DNA of 52,163 nucleotides from an uncultured Thermoplasmata archaeon (GTDB lineage Archaea; Thermoplasmatota; Thermoplasmata; Halarchaeoplasmatales; Halarchaeoplasmataceae): assembly GCA_964398905.1 (NCBI GenBank), contig CAYNOV010000001.1, forward strand, positions 1-52,163. The letters are read 5' to 3'. Of this stretch, positions 28,701 through 37,860 are shown one piece after another. Position 1 is the stretch's first letter; every line of letters begins with the position of its first letter. The notes under the pieces are model-generated. The model did no database searches. It had not been told where the DNA came from and saw only the letters and a list, made by a program, of their open reading frames with translations. A program made the position numbers and the translations under genes.

Positions 28701-29766
28701 TTTTTTCCTCCATGAACATATCTAAAACTTTTTTTCCTATATCAGATGGAGAACCTTCAAAATCAGATCCCGCCTTTTCCTTCGCGCTTTTAGGCATCCC
28801 ATAAACGACTGAAGTCTTTTCATCTTGTAAAGCTATCAGACCGTCTTTGTCTCTGATGTGATCCGCTCCTTCAGCACCGTCTTCACCCATACCAGTGAAA
28901 ACTACCCCGAAAACTCGCTCACCGTACTTTTCAGATGCGGATCTAAAAAGATGATCAGCAGCAGGCTTAACTCCGTGTTTTTTGGGTCCACTTTTTAATC
29001 TGATAATTTTTTTCCCACCATCTGAATCGATAAAACCGTGAAGACCAGAAGGGATTATGTAAACCTGATTATTTTTGATGATCTCGCGATCTTTCGCTTC
29101 TTTGATAGGGATATCTAATTTTGAATCAAGTGTAGAGGCAAGATGACCTGTAAAATCTTTAGGCATGTGTTGAACCACTATGATAGGGACATGAAAATTA
29201 GGAGGTAAGCAAGATAAGAACTCATCTAATGCTCTTGTACCCCCTGTTGAAGAAGCGACCGCAATAATCCAATCTTCAGTAACAGACGGTGAATATTTTT
29301 TTCCCTTTGAGATCTGCTTTTCTTCGAAAAATAAACTAGGATCAGTTTTAGCCGCATTAACCAATTTATCTACTATCGCATCACTCTTCTTTCTTATATC
29401 CATAGATAAGGAACCCGATGTCTTAGAGATGAAATCTACGGCACCAGCTTCAAGCGCTTTTACTGACATCTTTCCCGCTTCATCCCCCAGCCCAGATATT
29501 ACGACCATAGGTGTTGGATCTTCAGACATTATATTTTCTACTGCTGTCAGACCATCCATACCTTCCATCTGTATATCGATCAATATAACATCTGGGTCCA
29601 TCTTTTTATTTAATTCTATAGCTTCCCTACCGTCTTTGCCGGTTCCGATGACCTCTACTCGGCCGTCGCTCTCTAATATATCTTTTAAAACGGTAACCAT
29701 GAAATTAGAATCGTCAACAACCACAGCTTTGATCTTTCTCGTGTTTGAAGACATCCACAAAGCCAT
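28693..29766 (-). CDS. cheB: Chemotaxis methylesterase/deamidase CheB (receiver + esterase)
   Basis: Receiver: KAVVVDDSNFM, DVILIDIQMEGMDG. Esterase: VASSTGGTRAL, VVQHMP, FTGMGEDGAEG. The stop overlaps the cheA start by 8 nt. Confidence 0.9.
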   Translation of the reverse strand: MALWMSSNTRKIKAVVVDDSNFMVTVLKDILESDGRVEVIGTGKDGREAIELNKKMDPDVILIDIQMEGMDGLTAVENIMSEDPTPMVVISGLGDEAGKMSVKALEAGAVDFISKTSGSLSMDIRKKSDAIVDKLVNAAKTDPSLFFEEKQISKGKKYSPSVTEDWIIAVASSTGGTRALDEFLSCLPPNFHVPIIVVQHMPKDFTGHLASTLDSKLDIPIKEAKDREIIKNNQVYIIPSGLHGFIDSDGGKKIIRLKSGPKKHGVKPAADHLFRSASEKYGERVFGVVFTGMGEDGAEGADHIRDKDGLIALQDEKTSVVYGMPKSAKEKAGSDFEGSPSDIGKKVLDMFMEEKNE

Positions 29767-29890
29767 GAAAGGATGAATATTTATAGTTTCTCAAAAGTTT
29801 AGAGAACTTCTTTGTCAGACGGATTATGATAGCTAATAACAAAAAATACACAGTCCAGAGGTTTTAAAATGGTGATCGAAAACTTTTTAA

Positions 29891-30097
29891 ATGAGATATA
29901 AGCTATCTATGTCCGACGAAATGTCAGACGATGGTGGTATGATGGATGAAAGAAGCGTAGACGAACTCATCAAAAAGATGCACGAAAAGAAAGGAGAGAC
30001 CATAGATTATCTGCAAAAAACATTCTCTGAAGAAGAACTCGCTAAATTAAATAAGCAGATATCTGGCGAACTCCACGTGAAAAATCAACGATTGTGA
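29891..30097 (+). CDS. Hypothetical small acidic protein
   Basis: 68-aa ORF with an alternative ATG at 29909. Composition matches the proteome and a hairpin follows. No recognisable family and no convincing Shine-Dalgarno. Confidence 0.3.
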   Translation: MRYKLSMSDEMSDDGGMMDERSVDELIKKMHEKKGETIDYLQKTFSEEELAKLNKQISGELHVKNQRL

Positions 30098-30123
30098 AAA
30101 TGATCAAGATCATACGATAATAG

Positions 30124-30166
30124 GTGTTGTTAAATCGAAAACAACACACTCTCTTCTATTATTTTT
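30124..30166 (+). terminator. Possible terminator: 8-bp perfect hairpin followed by a T-rich tract
   Basis: GTGTTGTT (30124..30131), loop AAATCGAA, AACAACAC (30140..30147), then CTCTCTTCTATTATTTTT. Confidence 0.25.
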
Positions 30167-30245
30167 AACTACATCAAGTTAACTTAGCAAGAATATCTGA
30201 TCGAGATAGCGATCTGAAGGTCTAGAATTCGTCAGACGAAGGGTT

Positions 30246-30881
30246 TCAGGCTTCTTTATTGATATGGGTTTCAGGCAATTTTAAGAACAAGATGTAGAGG
30301 ATGGTCAAGATTGACAGGATGAGACCGATAGAAACACCCAGTAATAGCGTGTTATCCATCTCTATCCAAAAATCAAATCGAGCTGTCCAGGATACAAAGA
30401 AAGCTATAGTAGCCAATATAAATGCAAGAGCAAACCTCTCCATAGCTTTCCTTCTCCACTGCCCGTTATATTCTCTCATCATATCTTTTGTTTCGCCTTC
30501 CCATATCTTTCTTATTTGGTCTTTTTTCATCATCTCTTGGAGGTAAACTATCGAAGCGTAGAGGAATATCAGCATCCCTACAAATAAAAACACACTAGAT
30601 GAATGAAATCCAATATCCAAATTGGTGAAATAAAATGCGGCCCCCGAAGATATAACGCCTGAACTGACTATGATCCTACTTTTGAAAAAAAATCCAAATG
30701 TTGCGATGCCACCACCTATTATAGAGAGGTGCCATATGATATGTGGATAAGACGCAGCGGCGGTTATCGCTATAATCAGTATTATGGTCAAGAGCGCTTT
30801 GAACGTCGATATGTTTCTATGGGCCTCTACCATGAGCAGATCCGATATGGTTTTCGATCTTTTATCGAGTTCATCATTCAA
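30246..30881 (-). CDS. Polytopic membrane protein of unknown function (last gene of the DUF4129/DUF58 operon)
   Basis: 211 aa with about 5-6 hydrophobic helices. Its start overlaps the DUF58 stop by 4 nt. Confidence 0.6.
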   Translation of the reverse strand: MNDELDKRSKTISDLLMVEAHRNISTFKALLTIILIIAITAAASYPHIIWHLSIIGGGIATFGFFFKSRIIVSSGVISSGAAFYFTNLDIGFHSSSVFLFVGMLIFLYASIVYLQEMMKKDQIRKIWEGETKDMMREYNGQWRRKAMERFALAFILATIAFFVSWTARFDFWIEMDNTLLLGVSIGLILSILTILYILFLKLPETHINKEA

Positions 30882-32158
30882 GTCCTCCTCATCTGATATC
30901 GTCTCACCCCCTCAATAGCTACTTCGAGTGGTTGATGGGTATCCCAATCTATAACAGGACCGTAATCTCTCAAAAATGCCATCCTGTTCTTCCTCTCGAT
31001 CTTTCTGAGTTTTTCAGCGAACTCATCTCCTTTTTTGATGTATTTCTTCTGAAGTTCGACAGGACAAGGTGATATGACGCCGATCTCATATTTCTCTCTG
31101 GCCAAACCAACGATCGCCTCACTTACTTTGTCGCTTGTAAGGGGTGATATGAACAGGAGTAGACATCTATCAGGGAATATATTATCTATGATGAATCGAG
31201 CATGCTCTAATCTCCAATGGCTTCCACCTTCTAAATTCATTAGATTGTCCATGATCTCGTAAAGTTGTTCCTGACCGGATTTAGGATAAGCCCATCTCAC
31301 GAAGTCCCCTATGACTAAAAGTCCGACTCTATTCCTGTCAGATATTATATCTGATGCGAGACTAGTAGCTGCTCTTACAGAATGTTTCAACATGTTATCT
31401 TCGAAAACACCTACATTAGACTCGTAAAAGGCGTCGACGACAATTATCACGTCACCACTCTTCTCGGCTTCGAAAGAATTCGTCTTAGGGTCAAGATATC
31501 TCGCTGTAGCTTTCCAATTGATGTCCCTCATCTCATCTCCTTGTAGATATTCTCTGATAGAGAAAAATTCTGAGCCCACTCCCATCTGAGCTGATTTTAT
31601 GTTACCTAACCATCCTCGGGTATATTTTGGCCTTAGCTTCGTTCTACTGAGATCTTCGATAGGTGGTAGAGCGATCACATTCATATAGTTCTCAAAATTC
31701 CAGTTTTTATAGAACAGACCTATCGGGTCCATATAACGGACTTTCACAGGACCTATACTGTAGTTTTCGGTCTTTAAAAATTTCACTCTATATTCTATCT
31801 CCTTTTCCTCTCCTCCTTGTATGTATATGGAATTATGATTAGAGCCTTCTATGATTTTAACGTTGGTGGGAAGCTCATCCTTAACCTCTAAGAAAACTTC
31901 AGAATCACCATGATTTTTGATGGTCAAGCATACTTTGAATACTTCTCCTTCATAAGTATGGACTTCTTTTTGTTCTCTTTCTATAGTTATGTTCTCATCA
32001 CCTGGTGGAAGATCAAGATAGCCAACGATCATGATAGATAATGATGTTAAGGCAGGAATGAAAAAAAGGTAGTTCATGACCATCATGCCGAGTGTCATGG
32101 TGATGAAGAACAGTACGAAAAGATAACCGAAATTTCTGCTTTTCATCTTCTGTCTCAC
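30878..32158 (-). CDS. DUF58-domain protein (vWA-like fold) with N-terminal TM hairpin and beta-sandwich region
   Basis: DUF58 signature FSIREYLQGDEMRDINWKATARY (about nt 31501..31560). N-terminal TMs: FGYLFVLFFITMTLGMMVMNYLFFIPALTSLSIMIVGYL. Confidence 0.8.
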   Translation of the reverse strand: MRQKMKSRNFGYLFVLFFITMTLGMMVMNYLFFIPALTSLSIMIVGYLDLPPGDENITIEREQKEVHTYEGEVFKVCLTIKNHGDSEVFLEVKDELPTNVKIIEGSNHNSIYIQGGEEKEIEYRVKFLKTENYSIGPVKVRYMDPIGLFYKNWNFENYMNVIALPPIEDLSRTKLRPKYTRGWLGNIKSAQMGVGSEFFSIREYLQGDEMRDINWKATARYLDPKTNSFEAEKSGDVIIVVDAFYESNVGVFEDNMLKHSVRAATSLASDIISDRNRVGLLVIGDFVRWAYPKSGQEQLYEIMDNLMNLEGGSHWRLEHARFIIDNIFPDRCLLLFISPLTSDKVSEAIVGLAREKYEIGVISPCPVELQKKYIKKGDEFAEKLRKIERKNRMAFLRDYGPVIDWDTHQPLEVAIEGVRRYQMRRT

Positions 32159-32769
32159 CTCTCCTCATCAACGTAGTGTATCTTTTCTAGCTCTGAAATA
32201 GCGGAGCTGATCTTTTCTTCAAACCCTAATTCCTCGAGCTCAGACCTAGATGTTTCTTCATCGGAAAACAAGTCGCTTTCATCCACACCATCGGGTTTTT
32301 TCATATCATTGAGATCCCTAGCATTTTTGATATAATCCATCAATTTTTCATTATCTATCTTCTCACTAAAACTATCTGGATCTTCGTCCAATATCTTGAT
32401 CTCTTTCTCAGAAAGATTGTATTCATTCTTTAGTGTGTGAAAAACCTGATCTTTTATCCTGCCCTCAAGGATAGCCTGCTTTACTTTCTGTCCTTTTCTT
32501 GCTCCTTTCATCTTTTTGATATCATCGTTTAGAGGAAGCCTGGAGAACTCTTCCTTTTTTTCAGCGCTTTTCCAAAGAGAAGGGGACTCTGTCTTGTCTA
32601 TCACTTTTTCTGTCAAAAGCCAAAGAGGGATTATTATGAAAACTATGACCATACCAGGTCTGAAACCTCTTGCAAACAAGGTCAAAAGGATTATCGTCGT
32701 TATAGCCGCAACTTTCATGAAAAGAACGTAACTGGTTCCTTTCCTCGCAGTTGCGGATCCTTCAGGCAT
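32155..32769 (-). CDS. Membrane-anchored acidic protein of unknown function
   Basis: 204 aa. Two N-terminal TM helices followed by a K/E/D-rich soluble tail. It overlaps both neighbours (8 nt and 4 nt). Confidence 0.6.
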   Translation of the reverse strand: MPEGSATARKGTSYVLFMKVAAITTIILLTLFARGFRPGMVIVFIIIPLWLLTEKVIDKTESPSLWKSAEKKEEFSRLPLNDDIKKMKGARKGQKVKQAILEGRIKDQVFHTLKNEYNLSEKEIKILDEDPDSFSEKIDNEKLMDYIKNARDLNDMKKPDGVDESDLFSDEETSRSELEELGFEEKISSAISELEKIHYVDEER

Positions 32770-33643
32770 GTTCTACTACCTCCAATTCATCTTTGATCTG
32801 CTCAAAATTCTTTATCGCTCTCTTACGTTCTTCCTCTTTCAATGGATGATCGCTGTACTTCGCCTCTTCGAACAATCTGGTCATCTCATCTATTGTACTT
32901 GCAGTCAATGAAAGTTTAGCGACAGCCATCTTCTCTAGTTCTCTCGGAGTAAAAGATATTTCCTGATCTAAACCCTCTCTTTCAAGGATTATCAACATCT
33001 TTTGATAATTGCGTATAATGACATCTCTTACATCTTCTCCTTCATGGAGTTCAGTTATGGCTTTGTCAGCGGTCGAAGATATGTCTTCTTCAGCAGTGAA
33101 ACTATCTTCAGAAAATTTTCTGTATCTCAAGAAGAAAAAGAAAACGATGAGGATCGATGAAAGAAATATCAAGATGCCTATACTAGACCCAAAAGAAGGA
33201 TCAACATGTTGGGATCCCTCTCCAAAAATGAATTCTGTGATTGAAGGAAATTCAAAGTCAGGTAGGATACCTCCAAATCGTGATAATAGATGAAGGGATT
33301 TCGGTATGATATGGTCTGGAAAGTATATGACAGATATGACCGCTAAAAAAGCACCACCTCTGATACTCTTTCTTTTCCATCCCTCATCTGAGAATAAAAC
33401 CCATCCTCCAACCCCTAATATGATCATCGAAAAAAAGGCATATCCGAGATATCCCTCTAAAAAATAGGGTATTTCTACTGGAGAACCACCCGCACTTCCT
33501 TCTGCTCTCCCCGGTTCACCTTCGATAAATTCATCCTGCATACCAAAATAGGCTCCACCTAGATTTCCTATAGCCCAAGCTAAGATCATCAGGATGATAA
33601 CACTTACCAGGAATATCTCCTTTCTATCGAACCGGGAGTCCAT
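32762..33643 (-). CDS. DUF4129-like membrane protein (first gene of the operon)
   Basis: Several TM helices, then a C-terminal helical domain: VIIRNYQKMLIILEREGLDQEISFTPRELEKMAV...MTRLFEEAKYSDHPLKEEE. This resembles the DUF4129 pattern (TPxE ... arYs.h). Confidence 0.65.
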   Translation of the reverse strand: MDSRFDRKEIFLVSVIILMILAWAIGNLGGAYFGMQDEFIEGEPGRAEGSAGGSPVEIPYFLEGYLGYAFFSMIILGVGGWVLFSDEGWKRKSIRGGAFLAVISVIYFPDHIIPKSLHLLSRFGGILPDFEFPSITEFIFGEGSQHVDPSFGSSIGILIFLSSILIVFFFFLRYRKFSEDSFTAEEDISSTADKAITELHEGEDVRDVIIRNYQKMLIILEREGLDQEISFTPRELEKMAVAKLSLTASTIDEMTRLFEEAKYSDHPLKEEERKRAIKNFEQIKDELEVVEHA

Positions 33644-33743
33644 GATTTATAGCTCTTCAAATTCAGTCACTAATTTAAATATTGTGCTAAGGTGAATTCA
33701 ATCAATACCTAAACTTTTTATCCTCATATGATATTTCATTATT

Positions 33744-34037
33744 ATGGGAGAAAAAGAACTTGTCAGCGGAGAAAGGAATGAAAGAAAAGTTAAAGTTTTC
33801 ACGATCAGCACCTGTGGATGGTGTAAAAAAGTCAAAAACTTTCTGGAAGAAAACGATGTAGAGTATGAATACATCGATATAGACCAAGTCGAAGGGGAAG
33901 AAAAGAAAAAAGTCAGAGAGGAACTAAAAAAATACAACTCAAAGATGAGCTGTCCTACTTTGGTCATAGATGAGGGTGAAGAGATAATCATCGGCTTCAA
34001 GAAAGACGAGATAAGGGAGGCCCTGTGTGATGACTGA
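33744..34037 (+). CDS. Glutaredoxin-like small thiol-disulfide oxidoreductase
   Basis: VKVFTISTCGWCKKVKNFLEENDVEYEYIDID (CxxC), then CPTLVIDEGEEIIIGF. Confidence 0.8.
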   Translation: MGEKELVSGERNERKVKVFTISTCGWCKKVKNFLEENDVEYEYIDIDQVEGEEKKKVREELKKYNSKMSCPTLVIDEGEEIIIGFKKDEIREALCDD

Positions 34038-34560
34038 TAAGGAAGAGATGCTAGAATACGTTAAAAATGATGCCGAAAAGAATGGATACTACGTTTGCCC
34101 CGATGAGGAGTTATTGGATGACCTGCTAGAAGGATTGATTGAAAATGCCGAAAGATACGGATATCCTTCTTGTCCGTGCAGAGAGGCCAGTGGGATCAAG
34201 AGCTACGATTCGGATATCATCTGTCCCTGCGAATACAGAGATATTGATGTGGAAGAATTCGGTATGTGCTACTGCGGCCTTTTCGTTTCTAAAGAAGTCT
34301 TTGATGATCCATCGAAGATGGGACCGATCCCTGAGAGACGTTCATCTGAAGCTATCGAAGCTGCGATGGAAGCAAAAGAAAAAGGTATAAGTGAAGAAAA
34401 AAAGGCCTCTAGTTCAGGTTTGATGGGCGCTGAAGAAGACATCAAGGTCTGGAGATGTACAGTATGTGGTTATTTAGCTGCAAGAGAAGACCCTCCTCCA
34501 GTATGTCCTATATGTAAAGCGAAAGCTGAAAGATTTGAGGAATTCGAAGATTTTGGTTGA
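34027..34560 (+). CDS. Ferredoxin:thioredoxin-reductase catalytic-subunit-like protein fused to a C-terminal rubredoxin domain (FDR type)
   Basis: FTRC cysteine pattern: YPSCPCREASG...DIICPCEYRDIDVEEFGMCYCGLFVS. Rubredoxin knuckles: WRCTVCGY...PPPVCPICKA. It overlaps the glutaredoxin gene by 11 nt. Confidence 0.8.
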   Translation: MMTDKEEMLEYVKNDAEKNGYYVCPDEELLDDLLEGLIENAERYGYPSCPCREASGIKSYDSDIICPCEYRDIDVEEFGMCYCGLFVSKEVFDDPSKMGPIPERRSSEAIEAAMEAKEKGISEEKKASSSGLMGAEEDIKVWRCTVCGYLAAREDPPPVCPICKAKAERFEEFEDFG

Positions 34561-34570
34561 TATTTGTTCA

Positions 34571-35083
34571 TTATCTGGTCTCGAATTGAAGACCGCCTTT
34601 GTCGGTCAGGGTTATCATCTTATCACCGCGCAGATTTATGGTGACCAGTTTTAGTTGCCTAACGTTCTCGCTGTAGATATCGATGATCTCTTCTCTATCC
34701 ACTTCTGCTCGATTGGTCGGTAACAGATCATTATCGATCCTGATCAAACATCTTCTAAGAAGATCTTTAGCTTCTTCCTCTGTTATCTCTACACCCTGGT
34801 CAGAGACCTCACCATCGCTTTCTATAGCTTTCTTGAGCAGCCTTCCGTTTTCTTTGCCGATACAGAGTTTTCCGCTCAACAAGGGCTTGTTCGAGTCCTC
34901 TTCGATATCATCTAGAAAATCTTCGATCATCTGCTCAGTTTCTTCTTCAGATATATCTGCTCCGCTATTTCGGAACTCGAAACAGTCATCTCTTTCCCAA
35001 TACTTGAACCGCCAACAAGTGCCTTCCAATTCACTCTTAAGTATCTGCTCGATCTCTTCTTTTTCCATGTTCTCGTGCCTCAT
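34571..35083 (-). CDS. Hypothetical acidic protein
   Basis: 170 aa. The competing plus-strand ORF 34683..35201 is S/L-rich low complexity, a mirror of the E-rich codons, so I chose the minus strand. I recognise no family. Confidence 0.5.
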   Translation of the reverse strand: MRHENMEKEEIEQILKSELEGTCWRFKYWERDDCFEFRNSGADISEEETEQMIEDFLDDIEEDSNKPLLSGKLCIGKENGRLLKKAIESDGEVSDQGVEITEEEAKDLLRRCLIRIDNDLLPTNRAEVDREEIIDIYSENVRQLKLVTINLRGDKMITLTDKGGLQFETR

Positions 35084-35182
35084 CTTAGCAGAAGATGCCG
35101 CTACGGATTATGACGAAGTCGCGACTTCTACGACGAAGATAAACGGACAAGTGTTATTAAACTATTCCATATTGAACGAGAT

Positions 35183-35812
35183 ATGTGTGAGAGCAAAGTA
35201 GGTGATCAAGATAAAGAGAAAAAATTGAAAAGAGCTTTCTTTCGCAGAAGTGCGGATGATGTAGCTAAGGATCTACTAGGAAAAAATCTTGTCAGGAAGA
35301 GCCTTTCAGGCAAGACTGTTGGTAAAATAGTCGAAACCGAGGCATATCTGGGAAAAGAAGACCCAGCTTCTCACACATATAAAGGGAAAAGGACAGAAAG
35401 GAATGAAATATTGTTCGGTCCGCCTGGACACGCCTATGTTTATCTGATCTACGGCATGTACCATTGTTTCAATATCATAACCGGAAAAGAGGGAAAATCA
35501 GAAGGTGTGTTTATCAGGGCATTAGAGCCTGTTCAGGGTACAAAATTGATGAAAGAAAGAAGAGGTAAGGTGCATAAAAGAGAACTCACCAACGGTCCAG
35601 GTAAATTGTGTATGGCTATGGACATCGACAAGGGTCTCGATGGAGAAGACATCACCGGAGACAAGTTGTACGTTACTAGAAAAGTAAATCAAAAATCTTT
35701 CAAGATCATCGAAGCTAAAAGAGTGAATATCGACTATGCAGGCGAAGCGAAGGAATGGAAACTCCGTTTTCTGATAGAAAACAATCCCTTCGTCAGTGAG
35801 CCTCCAGGATGA
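35183..35812 (+). CDS. mpg: DNA-3-methyladenine glycosylase (AAG/Mpg family)
   Basis: FFRRSADDVAKDLLGKNLV, GKIVETEAYLGKEDPASHTYKGKRTERNEILFGPPGHAYVYLIYGMYHCFNI. Confidence 0.85.
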   Translation: MCESKVGDQDKEKKLKRAFFRRSADDVAKDLLGKNLVRKSLSGKTVGKIVETEAYLGKEDPASHTYKGKRTERNEILFGPPGHAYVYLIYGMYHCFNIITGKEGKSEGVFIRALEPVQGTKLMKERRGKVHKRELTNGPGKLCMAMDIDKGLDGEDITGDKLYVTRKVNQKSFKIIEAKRVNIDYAGEAKEWKLRFLIENNPFVSEPPG

Positions 35813-35814
35813 TC

Positions 35815-37857
35815 CTATTTTTCTGGCAGTTCCTTTTTCTCAAGCATCTCTATAAAATCGTCCTCGTCTAGTATAGTGGTTCCTTCTTCTCTTGCCTGAT
35901 CTAATTTCGAGCCGGGATCTTCTCCAACGACCAGATAATCCGTTACACCACTGACCGAAGAGGTGACCCTTCCTCCATGTTCCTGTATCTTTTCTTTAGC
36001 TTCATCTCTAGTGAATTTATCTAAGGCTCCTGTCAGAACAAATTTTCTATCTTCTAAGAACTTATCAACTTCTTTTCTCTCGACTTCCATCGTGATCCCG
36101 TTCTTCCTCAATCTCTCTATCATCCTTTGATTCTGTTCGTCCTCAAAGAAAGAGACGATACTCTCAGCTATTTTTGGTCCGATCTCGTCTATCTCTTGAA
36201 GCTCTTCTTGATCTGCTTCCATGATCTCTTGCATCGAGTCGTAATGTTCTGTGAGAACATTGGCAACGTGATCACCAACGTATTTGATGCCTAGTCCGTA
36301 TATGACCCTATCTAAACTCCGCTCTTTGCTTTCTTTTATCTCTTTCAAAAGATTCCTTGCCGACTTTTGAGCCATCCGTTCGATACTGGTCAGTTGTATC
36401 TTACCGATCTCATACAGATCTGGTATGGTTTTTACGACGTTCTTCTCGACCAGTTTATTGAGTACCTTCGGACCCAAACCCTCTATGTCCATCGCGTTTC
36501 TAATACCCCAATGTTCCAGTCTCTGCTTTATCTGAGCGGGGCATTGAGCATTTACACATCTTCTAGCTACTTCGTCTCCGATCCTTTTCGCTTTACTACC
36601 ACATACTGGACATTCTTCCGGAAGTTCAAAGACACCTTCACTCTTCTTCTCAGTGACCTTGACTATCTGGGGTATTATCTCTCCCGCTTTTTCTACTAGG
36701 ACTTTATCTCCTACATTGACGTTTTTCCTTTCGAGTTCATCCTCATTGTGCAGTGATGCTCTTTCAACGACCGTTCCTGAAAGTTGAACGGGTTCGAGTA
36801 TCGCGATAGGAGTGAGTTTACCGGTCCTTCCGACCTGAACTTCTATATCTTTTATCGTGCTGGTTTTCCTCATTGCAGGATATTTGTATGCTATAGCCCA
36901 CCTGGGATGTTTAGAGGTCGCTCCGAGGGTATCATGATGATCTAGTTTATTGACCTTTACGACCATGCCATCTATCTCGTAATTCAAGTCCTCTTTCTTT
37001 TCCTTCCACTGATCGATATATTCTATAACTTCATCGATCCCTTTCTTTTTAGCGATGTTTCTGTTGACTTTTAGACCGGCCTTTTCTATCTCCTTCAAAC
37101 ACTCCCAGTGAGTTTCGAATTCTCCCTCTTCGTTATAGCTGAGCGTGTAAACAAATATATCTAAAGGCCTCTTCGCTACGACTTTAGGATCTTTATTCCT
37201 GACTGTACCTGCCGCTGCGTTCCTGGGATTGGCAAACGGATCTTTTCCCTCGTCCAATCTTCTTTCATTCATCTGTTCGAATTCGTCTCTCGGCATGTAG
37301 ACTTCGCCGCGGAATTCAGCTGTCTCTAGTAAAGTATCATCGGTGAGTTTTAGAGGTATCGTATGGATCGTTTTGAGATTAGGAGTGATATCTTCACCTC
37401 TAGTACCATCTCCTCTGGTAGAGCCTCTCTCGAAAGTCTTGTTTTCGTAATAAAGAGCTACACCTAAACCGTCGATCTTCGGTTCGATTATGTACTCGAT
37501 ATCTTCATTTTCTTTACCTAAACCCTCTCTCACTCTTCTGTCAAAATCTTTAAGTTCACCATGATTGTAGGTATTATCTAGACTCAACATCGGTGATAAA
37601 TGGTCAACGGTCTCGAACTCATCTATCTCTGAGGTCATCACCCTTTGCGTAGGAGAATCTTCAGTGATGAGATCAGGAAATCTTTGTTCTATAGCTTCGA
37701 GCTCTTTGACCAGCATATCGTATTCATGGTCGCTTATCTCTGGATCGTTCTCGATATAGTATTTTCTGTCGTGGTATCTTATCTCTTTCCTGAGGGTTTC
37801 TGCTCTATTTTCAGCCTCTTCCTTGTTTTCTGGTATGGTAAAGTCTTCATCACTCAT
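35815..37857 (-). CDS. ligA: NAD+-dependent DNA ligase
   Basis: Adenylation motif EPKIDGLGVAL. Zn finger CPVCGSKAKRIGDEVARRCVNAQCPAQ. HhH region. C-terminal BRCT: FVLTGALDKFTRDEAKEKIQEHGGRVTSSVSGVTDYLVVGEDPGSK. Confidence 0.95.
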   Translation of the reverse strand: MSDEDFTIPENKEEAENRAETLRKEIRYHDRKYYIENDPEISDHEYDMLVKELEAIEQRFPDLITEDSPTQRVMTSEIDEFETVDHLSPMLSLDNTYNHGELKDFDRRVREGLGKENEDIEYIIEPKIDGLGVALYYENKTFERGSTRGDGTRGEDITPNLKTIHTIPLKLTDDTLLETAEFRGEVYMPRDEFEQMNERRLDEGKDPFANPRNAAAGTVRNKDPKVVAKRPLDIFVYTLSYNEEGEFETHWECLKEIEKAGLKVNRNIAKKKGIDEVIEYIDQWKEKKEDLNYEIDGMVVKVNKLDHHDTLGATSKHPRWAIAYKYPAMRKTSTIKDIEVQVGRTGKLTPIAILEPVQLSGTVVERASLHNEDELERKNVNVGDKVLVEKAGEIIPQIVKVTEKKSEGVFELPEECPVCGSKAKRIGDEVARRCVNAQCPAQIKQRLEHWGIRNAMDIEGLGPKVLNKLVEKNVVKTIPDLYEIGKIQLTSIERMAQKSARNLLKEIKESKERSLDRVIYGLGIKYVGDHVANVLTEHYDSMQEIMEADQEELQEIDEIGPKIAESIVSFFEDEQNQRMIERLRKNGITMEVERKEVDKFLEDRKFVLTGALDKFTRDEAKEKIQEHGGRVTSSVSGVTDYLVVGEDPGSKLDQAREEGTTILDEDDFIEMLEKKELPEK

Positions 37858-37860
37858 GAT

